From assembly GCA_040222015.1 (NCBI GenBank), contig JAVJWO010000134.1, positions 39,035 through 103,034 of the forward strand: a stretch of 64,000 nt of DNA, read 5' to 3'. Positions 37,655-47,985 of the stretch are shown here, in pieces. The notes under the pieces were generated by a model, which worked only from the letters and a program-made list of their open reading frames with translations, did not search any database and had not been told where the DNA came from. Source of the DNA: Coleofasciculus chthonoplastes F2-STO-03. GTDB lineage: Bacteria; Cyanobacteriota; Cyanobacteriia; Cyanobacteriales; Coleofasciculaceae. Made by a program: the position numbers and the translations under genes. Position 1 is the stretch's first letter. Each line of letters opens with the position of its first letter.

Positions 37655-38430
37655 CTAGCTGGTAAAATAATCACGCAAACGATCGATTCCTTCCTTATAT
37701 CGGTCATTACAGAAACTCAGCCTTAACCCATTAGGAATGCCAAAATCTGTTCCTGGTACTGTCGCCACATAAACTTTCCTAGCGATATCAATTGCCAGTT
37801 CTTTAGAATCTTCCATGCCTTTTGCTTTCACCCAGCGATCGCAATCCAAGACAATATAAAATCCACCTTCAGATTTAATCGGATCGCAACCTGTATCTTT
37901 AAGAGTAAAATATGAGTACTCGGCTCGTTCTTTATAAATATGGGTTAACTCTTTCGGCGCATCTAAATCTTGTAACGCCGCGATCGCGCCATACTGATTA
38001 ACCGGATCATGAGTCAACAGGGTATGTTGTTGGACAATCCGCATCGGCATCACTAAGCTATCGGGTAACAGGGCATATCCCACCCGTTTAGTATACATAC
38101 GAAATCCCTTGGAAAAGGCATTGGTGACAATATTGACATCTCTATATTTATCATCCAGATAAGTCAGAGGGCATTTATAGTCGTCGTAAAACAGGGTGTT
38201 GTTGTATATTTCATCATTCATAATATACGAACGCCCGTCAATGATTTGATTGATTTCAGTAATTTCCCCTTGGCTGATAATATTCCCCAAAGGATTGCCG
38301 GGATTATTTAAGACAACGACAGCGGTTTTGTCGGGATTATAGTTTTCCCGGAAGGAATCAAAATTGATTTTTCGAGTTTGGTAATCAATATCGTAATAGG
38401 TGATTTTCGCCCCAGCTAAAATGGCACTCC
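37655..38430 (-). pseudogene. 5'-truncated class I/II PLP aminotransferase
   Basis: NNPGNPLG, DEIY, AFSK..RVGY present; N-terminal third missing and overlapped by upstream ORF. Confidence 0.75.
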
Positions 38431-39512
38431 AACATTTCTGAAGACAGATCAATGGCTGTGATATTTTTATACCCGAGTTCGACTAAAGCTTCACCCACCA
38501 TTCCTGTACCGGCACCAGCATCAAGGATGGAAATATCCTTCTGAGGCATGAATTTTTCCAACATACGCGCCGCATTCATAGGCATAACCTGCCAAGATTT
38601 GCCGATATCCGATTCATAGAGACGAGACCAAGCATTATATTTATGCTGAAGCTGCTCTGTATCCTGATTATCGTGAATCCAGTTCAGGCGATCGCTAACT
38701 TTTTCACAGCGATAAAAACTCCATCCTAGCTCCTGCTTCTGGATGGCTTCAGCCATTTTTTGATAAGCGGCACTGAGTTCAGGCTGTTTTTCGTTTTCTT
38801 GAGCAATTTGAGATAACAATTCATAACTTTTTTGCAAATGTTCACTCCAGTCATTGACTGGGAAAACCATAAATCCAATCTGACTTAGTTTATCGACGTA
38901 TGACTCTGAGCTAAAGGTTGGTGCAAACGACAAACGCTGATAAACATAGTTTTTCGCCTCTTGACTAATATCTGGCTTGGGTGTGATCAAATCATCTAAC
39001 AACAAGATGCCAGTTTCGCTGAGAACACGATTAATTTCCCGAAGCGCTAGTTCTCGCTGCTCAACCTGATAGAGCGTTCCTTGACTCCAAACATGGGTAA
39101 ACGACTGATTAGGAAACGGCAAGTTAGTGACTGAGACGTTCTGAAAAGATAGATGCAGGGATGGATAGTCTTGAGCTTTCTGTTTGGCATTATCAATCAG
39201 AGTTTCACTCCAATCGACTCCAATCACTTCACATCCGGTTTGCTGGGCTAACCAAATCGAACTGTTCCCGTTACCACAACCAAGATCCAATACTTTTGAG
39301 GATGCCGTAATACCGCTTTTCTCCAGCATATAGTCGTTGCGCCGCTGGCAAGCCGGGATAAAGTCGGAGCGACTGGCGTTGGCTAAGTTGTCGAAATACC
39401 CCCAGTGAAGACGTTCCTCGTTTTCCCAGAAACTTTGGTAAGGGCTATCATCATTGTTAAATACTTCAGTATCAGGTTGGGTAGATTTTGGTGTCATGGT
39501 AATCTTTCTCAC
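38385..39512 (-). CDS. two-domain SAM methyltransferase, second domain truncated
   Basis: First domain LHWGYF..VLDLGCGNG..FTHVWSQ; second domain ILDAGAGTG..AIDLSSEML then out-of-frame tail. Confidence 0.75.
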   Translation of the reverse strand: MRKITMTPKSTQPDTEVFNNDDSPYQSFWENEERLHWGYFDNLANASRSDFIPACQRRNDYMLEKSGITASSKVLDLGCGNGNSSIWLAQQTGCEVIGVDWSETLIDNAKQKAQDYPSLHLSFQNVSVTNLPFPNQSFTHVWSQGTLYQVEQRELALREINRVLSETGILLLDDLITPKPDISQEAKNYVYQRLSFAPTFSSESYVDKLSQIGFMVFPVNDWSEHLQKSYELLSQIAQENEKQPELSAAYQKMAEAIQKQELGWSFYRCEKVSDRLNWIHDNQDTEQLQHKYNAWSRLYESDIGKSWQVMPMNAARMLEKFMPQKDISILDAGAGTGMVGEALVELGYKNITAIDLSSEMLECHFSWGENHLLRY

Positions 39513-39807
39513 CTACATTCCGCATTTCAAAACGCGATCGCCTACTTGATATATAATACCTGTCATTGGTCATTGGTCATTGGTCTTTTGTCCTTTGCTA
39601 CCCAAGAGGGGCGGGTTTAGTTAAGTTATCAGTTTTTGCCATAAGTTATCTGTAAAACCCGCCCCTACAAATTGGCTCCCCCATCTTGCAGACGTTCCAG
39701 CGGAACGTCTCTACAACCCCATCTTCCCCTGAATGCCACCAATTTGCTGAATCGTTCGTCACAATGGGAGACAGTAGATTTTATCAGTATTGGGCGAAAG
39801 AGGTTTC

Positions 39808-42003
39808 ATGCTAAAGGTACAAAAATACAAAGTTCCTGTAGCAGTCGGGGCGGGATTGCTATTTATTGCCGTATGTGGTTCGTCTTGGTTCGTTCTCCGA
39901 CAGACTGGTATTCTGGAAAACTGGATCGGTGAATCCCCGCAAAGTCAACTGAGTTTGACCCAAAAGGATACTCAATCCCTAGTATTACCCTTGGTATCCT
40001 TATCCCCCGAAGCTAGGGCACAACAACTGATGGACATTGCCTCAGGGCGTCAATCCCTGGATCAATATCGTGCCCGCTATTTGTTGGCGTCGGATTTAAT
40101 TACCCAACAGCAGCCAGAGGCGGCACTTCAATGGTTGGAAGGATTGGACGCGAAGTATCCCCAGTTAGCCTCTCACATTGCCCTCAAACGCGCTCAAGCC
40201 TACATCGCGATGGGGGGGGATACAGCTAACGCCGAACAAGCTTGGCAAGGGATTATAGAGACTTATCCCAGTGATCCCGTCGCCGCCCACGCCCTGTATG
40301 CGTTAGGTGAATCGAATCCAGACTATTGGAAAGTGGCGATCGCACAATTTCCGACTCATCCCCGTACCCTAGATATTGTCCGCCAAAAGCTGCAAGAGAA
40401 TCCCAAGCAACTGGATTTACTGTTACTTCTAGCCAAAGCAGCACCGGATGATCCGAGTAATGGAGTAATCCGCGATCGCTTGGTGGATGAGTATGCGTCT
40501 GGGTTACAGCCCGAAGACTGGCAGGCTATTGCTTTTGGCTATTGGCAAACCCGAGACTATGCTAAAGCTGCCAAAGCCTACACCAAAGCCCCACCCACAC
40601 CCGAAAATGCTTATCGAGTGGGGCGCGGGTATCACCTGAAAGGAAAACGCACGGAAGCCAAAGCCGCCTATCAACAACTGATTCAGAACTTTCCCGATGC
40701 TAAGGAAACGGGGTTAGGATTGCGACGTTTGGCGAGTCTTCTCCCCTCTAAAGAGGCAATCCCCTATCTGGATCAAGTGGTGGCGAAGTTCCCCGATGAA
40801 GCCCCCGAAGCCTTACTCAGCAAAGCCAACATCCTAGACGCCTTAGGGAGTTCTCAATCCGCCACCCAAGCCCGTCAGTCGGTGTTAACCCAATATCCAA
40901 GTTCTAATGCAGCCGCAGACTATCGTTGGCAGATGGCAAACCAGAAAGCCCAAGCGGGGAATTTAGCAGAAGCATGGCAATGGGCGCAACCGATTACCAC
41001 AGATAGTCCCGATAGTGCCATCGCCCCGGAAGCGGCGTTTTGGGTGGGCAGATGGGCAATGCAACTGGGACGCCAAGATGAAGCTACATCCGCGTTTGAG
41101 CATATTTTGACACAGTATCCCGAATCTTATTATGCGTGGCGGTCTGCCCGATTTTTAGGCTGGGATGTGGGGGATTTTACCACGGTGCGGGATGTGAATC
41201 CGACGGTGGTGCTACCGAAAACGCGATCGCGACTCCCGGCTGGATCGGATACCTTAAAAGAATTGCATCTATTGGGACAAAATCAGGATAGTTGGGTACT
41301 TTGGCAAGCCGAGTTTCAGAATCGCCAAGAACCCACGGTTGCTGAACAATTTACCGATGGCGTTATGCGCTTAGGCATTGGTGATAACATCAATGGAATT
41401 AATCAAGTTTGGTTTTTGAGTCAGCGCGAAACCCCGGAAGAACGTCGCCAATGGCAAGCTTTGCGGGCTGAACCAGCTTACTGGTATACACTGTTTCCTC
41501 TACCATTTTTTGATTCGGTTGTCAATTGGTCGGGTCAACGTCAACTGAATCCTTTATTGGTGATTGGTTTAATTCGCCAAGAATCGCGGTTTGAACCGGA
41601 AATCGGTTCTATAGCAGGAGCCAGGGGGTTAATGCAAGTGATGCCGGGAACGGGTCAATGGATTGCTGATAAAATTCAGCTTCAGGAGTATGATTTAACT
41701 GATCCCAATGATAATGTCAAATTGGGGACATGGTATTTAGATCACACTCACCAAGAATACAATAACCATTCTCTATTCGCCGTCGCGAGTTACAATGCTG
41801 GTCCAGGGAATGTGGCGAAGTGGATCAGGAAGTACGATACGACTGACCCTGATGCGTTCATTGAGCAGATTCCCTTTGGGGAAACCAAGGGATATGTGGA
41901 GGCAGTTTTTGAGAATTATTGGAATTATTTGCGGTTGTATAATCCAGAGGTTAATCAGTTGTTACGGAAGTATTCTACGAGTCAGCCTGTAATTTCTCCT
42001 TAG
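39808..42003 (+). CDS. slt: soluble lytic transglycosylase with TPR-like repeats
   Basis: IRQESRF, GARGLMQVMP, ASYNAGPGNV, ETKGYV; N-terminal TM anchor. Confidence 0.9.
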   Translation: MLKVQKYKVPVAVGAGLLFIAVCGSSWFVLRQTGILENWIGESPQSQLSLTQKDTQSLVLPLVSLSPEARAQQLMDIASGRQSLDQYRARYLLASDLITQQQPEAALQWLEGLDAKYPQLASHIALKRAQAYIAMGGDTANAEQAWQGIIETYPSDPVAAHALYALGESNPDYWKVAIAQFPTHPRTLDIVRQKLQENPKQLDLLLLLAKAAPDDPSNGVIRDRLVDEYASGLQPEDWQAIAFGYWQTRDYAKAAKAYTKAPPTPENAYRVGRGYHLKGKRTEAKAAYQQLIQNFPDAKETGLGLRRLASLLPSKEAIPYLDQVVAKFPDEAPEALLSKANILDALGSSQSATQARQSVLTQYPSSNAAADYRWQMANQKAQAGNLAEAWQWAQPITTDSPDSAIAPEAAFWVGRWAMQLGRQDEATSAFEHILTQYPESYYAWRSARFLGWDVGDFTTVRDVNPTVVLPKTRSRLPAGSDTLKELHLLGQNQDSWVLWQAEFQNRQEPTVAEQFTDGVMRLGIGDNINGINQVWFLSQRETPEERRQWQALRAEPAYWYTLFPLPFFDSVVNWSGQRQLNPLLVIGLIRQESRFEPEIGSIAGARGLMQVMPGTGQWIADKIQLQEYDLTDPNDNVKLGTWYLDHTHQEYNNHSLFAVASYNAGPGNVAKWIRKYDTTDPDAFIEQIPFGETKGYVEAVFENYWNYLRLYNPEVNQLLRKYSTSQPVISP

Positions 42004-42055
42004 CATCGAAATGGTGCGTTACGCTGCGCTAACGCACCCTACATAACTATAACTA

Positions 42056-45000
42056 TTGAGCATGAATAGTTTAATGCAGGAACACTTGATCAGACTATTA
42101 ATTGTCGATGATTCTGACCAAAGATATCACTGTATTACCCAATCTTTATCCCCCTCGAACTATAGTCTGATTCACACCGACAACCTTGAACAGTATCTAT
42201 CTAGTCTTAATTATGAGCCGGATTCTATACCTAACTTAATTATCATTGCGATTAATCATCCAGTGATTAACAGTTGTGAGCCAATCCCCACCCTGAAAAG
42301 AACGCCACAGCTAAATGATGTGCCGATTATTGCCGCCATTTCTGACAACGATATCCAGGCATTACCCTCACTCCGAGAAGCCGGGGCGAATGATTATTTA
42401 ATTGCCCCCTTTACCCAAGCCGAACTTTTAGCCCGAATCCAGACTCAGTTACATATTTATAAACTTAAAGCCGAAAATGTACGCCTCCAGCAAGAAAATA
42501 CTGATTTAAAAATAGTACTAGAGACATCTACGGAACACGGTGATCTGGTTTTCGAGCAGTTGCATGATCAAGCTGAAGAAGCGGTGCGTGAAAGCGAACG
42601 TCGGCTGGCGCAATTTTTGGAAGCGGTTCCGGTTGGCGTGTTGGTGGTGGAGGCTAGCGGTAAGCTTTATTTTATGAATCAAAAAGCCAAGCAGATTTTG
42701 GCACAGGATTTAGATCCGACTATCCACACGAATCAGCTTTGTGATACCTATCAGATCTATTTAGCGGGTACTGATCAATTGTACCCCTTAGACCGCTTCC
42801 CGATCGCGCGATCGCTCGCCTGTGAAACCGTAACCGTTGACGACTTAGAAGTGCGTCACCCGAATCAACGAATTCCCCTAGAAATGCAGGCAATGCCCAT
42901 CTATGATGAACAGGGAACTCTACTCTATGGCATTAGTGTATTCAAAGATATTACCGCCCGCAAACGTACCGAGAAAATTTTAACCGAGTATAACCAAACC
43001 CTAGAACAAGAAGTCTGCGATCGCACCCAAGAATTAGAAACCAAAAATCAGCAACTCCACCAAGAAATTGAGGAACGCAAGTTACTGGAGCAAAAATTGC
43101 GAACCTCTGAGGGCAAAATGCGGGCAGTATTTGAGGCAATGCCTGATATTATCCTAATTATTGATCCTCAAACTCATGATATTCAAATTGCACCAACTCG
43201 ACCCACTCGTGATGTTGAAGAATCGATCCACTTGACTAACCAAACTATTGCACAGTTTCTCAATGGTGACAATACCAAAAGCTGGTTCCAGCAAATTAAT
43301 CAGGTTATCAAAATCCAAGAACCGATTCATTTTGATTACAGTTTAGAGAGTGCAAATCAAACGGTTTGGTTTACCGCCAGTATCGCCCCATTACCGAACA
43401 ACTCCGTCATCTGGGTTGCCCGCAATATTACCGATCGCAAAAGCACCCAATTTGCATTGTATCAATCAGAAGAAAAGTTTTCCCGTGCCTTCCGTTCTAG
43501 TCCCAGTGCCATGACAATCACGCGATTGAGTGATGGCTGTCATATTGATGTGAATGATAGCTTTTGCCAGTTTACCGGCTATTCTGCCCCAGAAATTCTC
43601 GGTCGCACTGCCCTTGATTTGAATCTCTGGGTGAATCAAAAAGACCGAAACCGGATGTTAAAAGCAATATCAAACAAAGGGATTATTCGCAACTACGAAT
43701 TTGAATTTCGTACCAAATCGGGGCATATTCGCACCGCCTTACTCTCAGCCGAACAAATTACCCTAGATAACCAACCCTGTCTGATCGCCGTCAGCCAAGA
43801 TATTAGCGATCGCAAACGAGTCGAGAAAGCCTTAAAATCCTCAGAGACTGAACTACGGGGTCTTTTTGCGGCGATGAGTGACTTAATATTTGTCTTAGAC
43901 GCCGAAGGACGCTATCTAAAAGTGAGTTCAGCTAATCATAACCTACTTTACCAACCCACAGATGTTTTAATCGGCAAAACCTTACATGACATTTTTCCGT
44001 CTCCTCAAGCCGACACCTTTTTGGATTGCATTTACCAAACCCTAAATACTCAGCAAACCCAGGATCTAGAGTACAGTTTAACCCTTAACGGCACATCAAC
44101 ATGGTTTAGTGCTAAATTTTCACCCCTTTCGGAGATCTCCGTGATCGTTGTAGCGCGAGATATTAGCGATCGCAAGCAGGCGGAATTTGCTTTACAACGC
44201 GCCAAAGAAACGGCTGAACAGGCGAATCGTGCCAAAAGTCAATTTCTGTCCAATATGAGTCATGAATTACGCACTCCTCTGAATGCCATTATTGGATTTG
44301 CTCAGTTGTTGGGGCGCGACTCTTCCCTCACCCAAGAACAACGCAATCATATTGGCATTATTTGTCGCTCTGGCGAACATTTACTCAGCCTAATTAACAA
44401 TGTGCTGCAATTGTCCAAAATAGAAGCAGGTCAGCTTAAACTAAACGGCTATAGTTTTGACCTCTATGGGTTACTCCGCACCGTCAAAGAAATGTTTAAC
44501 TTGCCGACTCAAACTAAAGGGTTGCAGTTAGTCTTTGACTATGAGCAAACCCTGCCCCGTTATGTAGAAACCGATGAAGGGAAGCTGCGCCAAGTCTTAA
44601 TTAATTTACTGAGCAACGCGATTAAATTTACCAGCCAGGGAGGGGTTACCTTGCGCGTTAAAGAGGTGCAATGGGAGCCAAGGGGCACAGGTGCGGAGAA
44701 TGTAGAGACGTGCCACGGCACGTCTGGGAGCCAGGAAGCGCAACTCCGATTTGAAATTGAAGATACGGGACCCGGTATTGCCCCAGAGGAACTTGAATCA
44801 TTATTTGAAGCATTTGTGCAAACTGAAACGGGGCGCAAATCCCTAGAAGGCACAGGATTAGGATTGCCGATTAGTCAACAATTTGTACGACTCATGGGCG
44901 GAGAGATTCAGGTCAATAGTCGCTTGAACAAAGGCACTATTTTTACCTTTGATATTGACGTTAACCGGGTGGAGGGAATTGAGCCAGAAACCCAGTCAGC

Positions 45001-45682
45001 GACTCCTCGCGTAGTCGGCTTGGTACCTGGACAACCCAATTACCGTATCCTAGTCGTGGATGATCGCCTAGAAAGTCGCTTATTATTGGTAAAACTGCTA
45101 ACCGCCGTGGGATTTTCCGTGCGAGAAGCGGTGAATGGGCAAGACGCGATCGCAATCTGGACAAGCTGGGAACCTCACCTGATTTGGATGGATATGCGAA
45201 TGCCTGTGATGGATGGATATGAAGCCACCAAACACATCAAAGGGCATCTCAAAGGTCAAGCTACCGTGGTTTTAGCCCTCACCGCCAGCGCGTTTGAAGA
45301 AGAGCGATCGCTGGTTCTCTCAGCCGGTTGTGACGATTTTGTTCGCAAACCCTTCCGAGAAGACGTAATCTTTAATAAGATAGCCCACTATTTAGGGGTG
45401 CAGTATGTCTACGAACAGCCAATTACATCAACAGCGTTAGAGCGTGATAGCCCAGCATCCGATCAACCCCTAACGGCTCAAGCCCTGACAATTATGTCCA
45501 AGGAGTGGATTCATGAATTATACCAAGCCGCAGATTCGATTGATAACGAACGGATTTTCCAACTTATCGAGCAAATTCCCCCAACCCACGCCTCGATCGC
45601 CCAAGCTATCACAGATATGGTGAATAACTTCCGTTGTGATCAAATTATCGATTTAATTGAAGAAGAGATGAAGGGGTTTTAA
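42056..45682 (+). CDS. hybrid sensor kinase: pseudo-REC, 4 PAS, HisKA/HATPase, REC
   Basis: MSHELRTPLN, NLLSNAIKFT, DTGPGI, GTGLGL, IWMDMRMP. Confidence 0.92.
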   Translation: MSMNSLMQEHLIRLLIVDDSDQRYHCITQSLSPSNYSLIHTDNLEQYLSSLNYEPDSIPNLIIIAINHPVINSCEPIPTLKRTPQLNDVPIIAAISDNDIQALPSLREAGANDYLIAPFTQAELLARIQTQLHIYKLKAENVRLQQENTDLKIVLETSTEHGDLVFEQLHDQAEEAVRESERRLAQFLEAVPVGVLVVEASGKLYFMNQKAKQILAQDLDPTIHTNQLCDTYQIYLAGTDQLYPLDRFPIARSLACETVTVDDLEVRHPNQRIPLEMQAMPIYDEQGTLLYGISVFKDITARKRTEKILTEYNQTLEQEVCDRTQELETKNQQLHQEIEERKLLEQKLRTSEGKMRAVFEAMPDIILIIDPQTHDIQIAPTRPTRDVEESIHLTNQTIAQFLNGDNTKSWFQQINQVIKIQEPIHFDYSLESANQTVWFTASIAPLPNNSVIWVARNITDRKSTQFALYQSEEKFSRAFRSSPSAMTITRLSDGCHIDVNDSFCQFTGYSAPEILGRTALDLNLWVNQKDRNRMLKAISNKGIIRNYEFEFRTKSGHIRTALLSAEQITLDNQPCLIAVSQDISDRKRVEKALKSSETELRGLFAAMSDLIFVLDAEGRYLKVSSANHNLLYQPTDVLIGKTLHDIFPSPQADTFLDCIYQTLNTQQTQDLEYSLTLNGTSTWFSAKFSPLSEISVIVVARDISDRKQAEFALQRAKETAEQANRAKSQFLSNMSHELRTPLNAIIGFAQLLGRDSSLTQEQRNHIGIICRSGEHLLSLINNVLQLSKIEAGQLKLNGYSFDLYGLLRTVKEMFNLPTQTKGLQLVFDYEQTLPRYVETDEGKLRQVLINLLSNAIKFTSQGGVTLRVKEVQWEPRGTGAENVETCHGTSGSQEAQLRFEIEDTGPGIAPEELESLFEAFVQTETGRKSLEGTGLGLPISQQFVRLMGGEIQVNSRLNKGTIFTFDIDVNRVEGIEPETQSATPRVVGLVPGQPNYRILVVDDRLESRLLLVKLLTAVGFSVREAVNGQDAIAIWTSWEPHLIWMDMRMPVMDGYEATKHIKGHLKGQATVVLALTASAFEEERSLVLSAGCDDFVRKPFREDVIFNKIAHYLGVQYVYEQPITSTALERDSPASDQPLTAQALTIMSKEWIHELYQAADSIDNERIFQLIEQIPPTHASIAQAITDMVNNFRCDQIIDLIEEEMKGF

Positions 45683-45748
45683 GTGTTGACCCTTCACTTT
45701 GTTCAAGGAAACCGGGTTTTTAATTTTGAGTAGGGGCGGGTTTAGGGA

Positions 45749-45944
45749 CATTGGTGTCAACTTAAGCTCAACCCCTCACCCCCAGCCCCTCTCCCACGCA
45801 GGGGAGAGGGGAGCGGGGTGAGGGTTCCCCTTCTCCCCATGGAGGGAGAAGGGGTTAGGGGATGAGGGGGAAAATGTCAAGGAGTAGACAGAAACAGCGT
45901 AAAACCTTGTCAGTATTAGTTTTCACCTTAAGTTGACGCGGATG
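45749..45944. mobile_element. second copy of the 18-bp-TIR MITE with 9-bp TSD GTTTAGGGA, inserted into a GTAGGGGCGGGTTT hairpin
   Basis: TSD 45740-45748 and 45945-45953; interior carries CCCCTCACCCCCAGCCCCTCTCCC-type hairpins. Confidence 0.88.
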
Positions 45945-46033
45945 GTTTAGGGACTAACCCTAATTAAAAACTAATAACTGAGCCACAAAACCCCCCCTGA
46001 TTCAAATACCGAATAACATAAGACCAATAACAA

Positions 46034-47974
46034 ATGACTAAAGGCAACCTATTAATTGTTGACGACACCCCAGAAAACTTACAAGTTTTATCCGCCACCT
46101 TGTCAGATCAAGGCTATCAAGTGCGAGGTGTGGTCAAAGGAAAAATGGCAATTCGCGCCGCTAAATCCGCTCAACCTGATCTGATTTTACTGGATGTCCG
46201 CATGCCAGAAATGGATGGGTATCAAGTCTGTGAACACCTCAAAGCTGATCCAGAGACTCATGACATTCCCGTTATTTTCATTAGCGCAATTGATGATGTT
46301 TTGGATAAAGTCAAAGCCTTTCGCGTGGGAGGCGTTGATTACATTACCAAACCCTTTCAGGTAGAAGAAGTCTTAGCGCGGGTAGAGAATCAACTGATGA
46401 TTCGGCGGCTATCCCAAGAAGTACGCGATCGCAATCAAAAATTAGAGCAGGAAATACAAGAGCGCCGCAAAGCCGAGAAAGCCGCCGCCGCCGCCTCGAA
46501 AGCGAAAAGTGAATTTTTAGCCAATATGAGTCACGAACTTCGCACGCCCTTGAATGCTATTTTAGGGTTTACCCAGGTGATGAGTCGTGATGTGAAACTG
46601 ACGCCGGAACAACGGGAATATCTGGGTATTATTAATCGCAGTGGTGAACATTTACTGGACTTAATTAATGATGTCTTAGATTTATCGAAAATTGAAGCCG
46701 GTATTATTTCCATCTATGAAAGCAGCTTTGATCTATATCGCTTGTTAGATAATTTGGAAGAAATGTTCCAAATTAAAGCAGAACAGAAAAACTTAAATCT
46801 AGTTTTCATCGTTGCACCCAATGTTCCGCAAATTATAAAAACCGATGCGAAAAAATTACGGGTTTGTTTGATTAATCTTTTAGGTAACGCGATTAAATTT
46901 ACCGAACAGGGGACTATTACCTTACGAGTACATTTGGCAACTGAGGCGTTAACCGATCAAAACCCTTCATCATCCTTGTCAGCATTTACCCCCCGACTCC
47001 AGTTTGAAGTCGAAGATACGGGATCGGGTATTTCTCCGGCTGAAATTGACCACTTATTTGATGCCTTTGTCCAAACCGAAACCGGACAAAAAATGGCGGA
47101 AGGGACAGGTTTAGGGTTAACCATTACCCGCAAATTTGTGCAACTGATGGGGGGAACCATTACCGTCAGTAGTGTTGTCGGCAAGGGGACAATTTTTGAA
47201 TTTGGTATTAAAATTAGTCCGGCAGATGTCTACCCCGTCACCCCCCAACCCCGTCAGCGTGTTATTGGCTTAGAACCCAATCAACCGATCTATCGTATCC
47301 TAGTGGCTGATGATACCCCAGAAAATCGTCTGTTGCTGATTAAATTACTCGAACCAATTGGCTTTGAGGTGCGGGAGGCGGCAAATGGAATGGAATGCTT
47401 AGCGTTATGGGAAAGTTGGCAACCCCACTTGATTTTTATGGATACACGGATGCCAATGATGGATGGGTTAGAAGCAACACGACAGCTTAAAAGCAAAGAA
47501 AAAGAACGGTTATCTCAATCCAACTCAGTCCTAGATTTATCTAGAACTATTATTATCGCCTTAACCGCTAGCGCCTTTGAGGAAAGGCGAGAGGAGATTT
47601 TAGCCGTCGGCTCTGAGGATTTTGTCCGGAAACCGTTTACAGAGGAGCAAATTTTTGACACAATTGCCCACCATTTAGGAGTGCGCTATCGTTATCAAGA
47701 GTTATCGGAGGGCTTGCCTCTGCATCAATCCCGTTATGGCATAAGTCAGAGATCAGACTCGTTTTTCTGTTCAGAATTAGCCAGTCTCCCTTTAGCCTGG
47801 GTGACGGAATTAGCTCAGGCAGCTAATCAGTTAGATGAAGCAATGATTGCTCAGTTGATTCAAGAACTGCAGCCAGAAAAGGTAGATTTAGCCAAGGCAT
47901 TAACGGATTTACTTCATAATTTTAGACTGGATGTTATTGTGCGAGTAACTCAGACTACCATCAATCATTCATAA
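46034..47974 (+). CDS. hybrid sensor kinase REC-HisKA-HATPase-REC
   Basis: LILLDVRMP, MSHELRTPLN, GTGLGL, IFMDTRMP. Confidence 0.92.
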   Translation: MTKGNLLIVDDTPENLQVLSATLSDQGYQVRGVVKGKMAIRAAKSAQPDLILLDVRMPEMDGYQVCEHLKADPETHDIPVIFISAIDDVLDKVKAFRVGGVDYITKPFQVEEVLARVENQLMIRRLSQEVRDRNQKLEQEIQERRKAEKAAAAASKAKSEFLANMSHELRTPLNAILGFTQVMSRDVKLTPEQREYLGIINRSGEHLLDLINDVLDLSKIEAGIISIYESSFDLYRLLDNLEEMFQIKAEQKNLNLVFIVAPNVPQIIKTDAKKLRVCLINLLGNAIKFTEQGTITLRVHLATEALTDQNPSSSLSAFTPRLQFEVEDTGSGISPAEIDHLFDAFVQTETGQKMAEGTGLGLTITRKFVQLMGGTITVSSVVGKGTIFEFGIKISPADVYPVTPQPRQRVIGLEPNQPIYRILVADDTPENRLLLIKLLEPIGFEVREAANGMECLALWESWQPHLIFMDTRMPMMDGLEATRQLKSKEKERLSQSNSVLDLSRTIIIALTASAFEERREEILAVGSEDFVRKPFTEEQIFDTIAHHLGVRYRYQELSEGLPLHQSRYGISQRSDSFFCSELASLPLAWVTELAQAANQLDEAMIAQLIQELQPEKVDLAKALTDLLHNFRLDVIVRVTQTTINHS

Positions 47975-47985
47975 GGACTAGAGCG

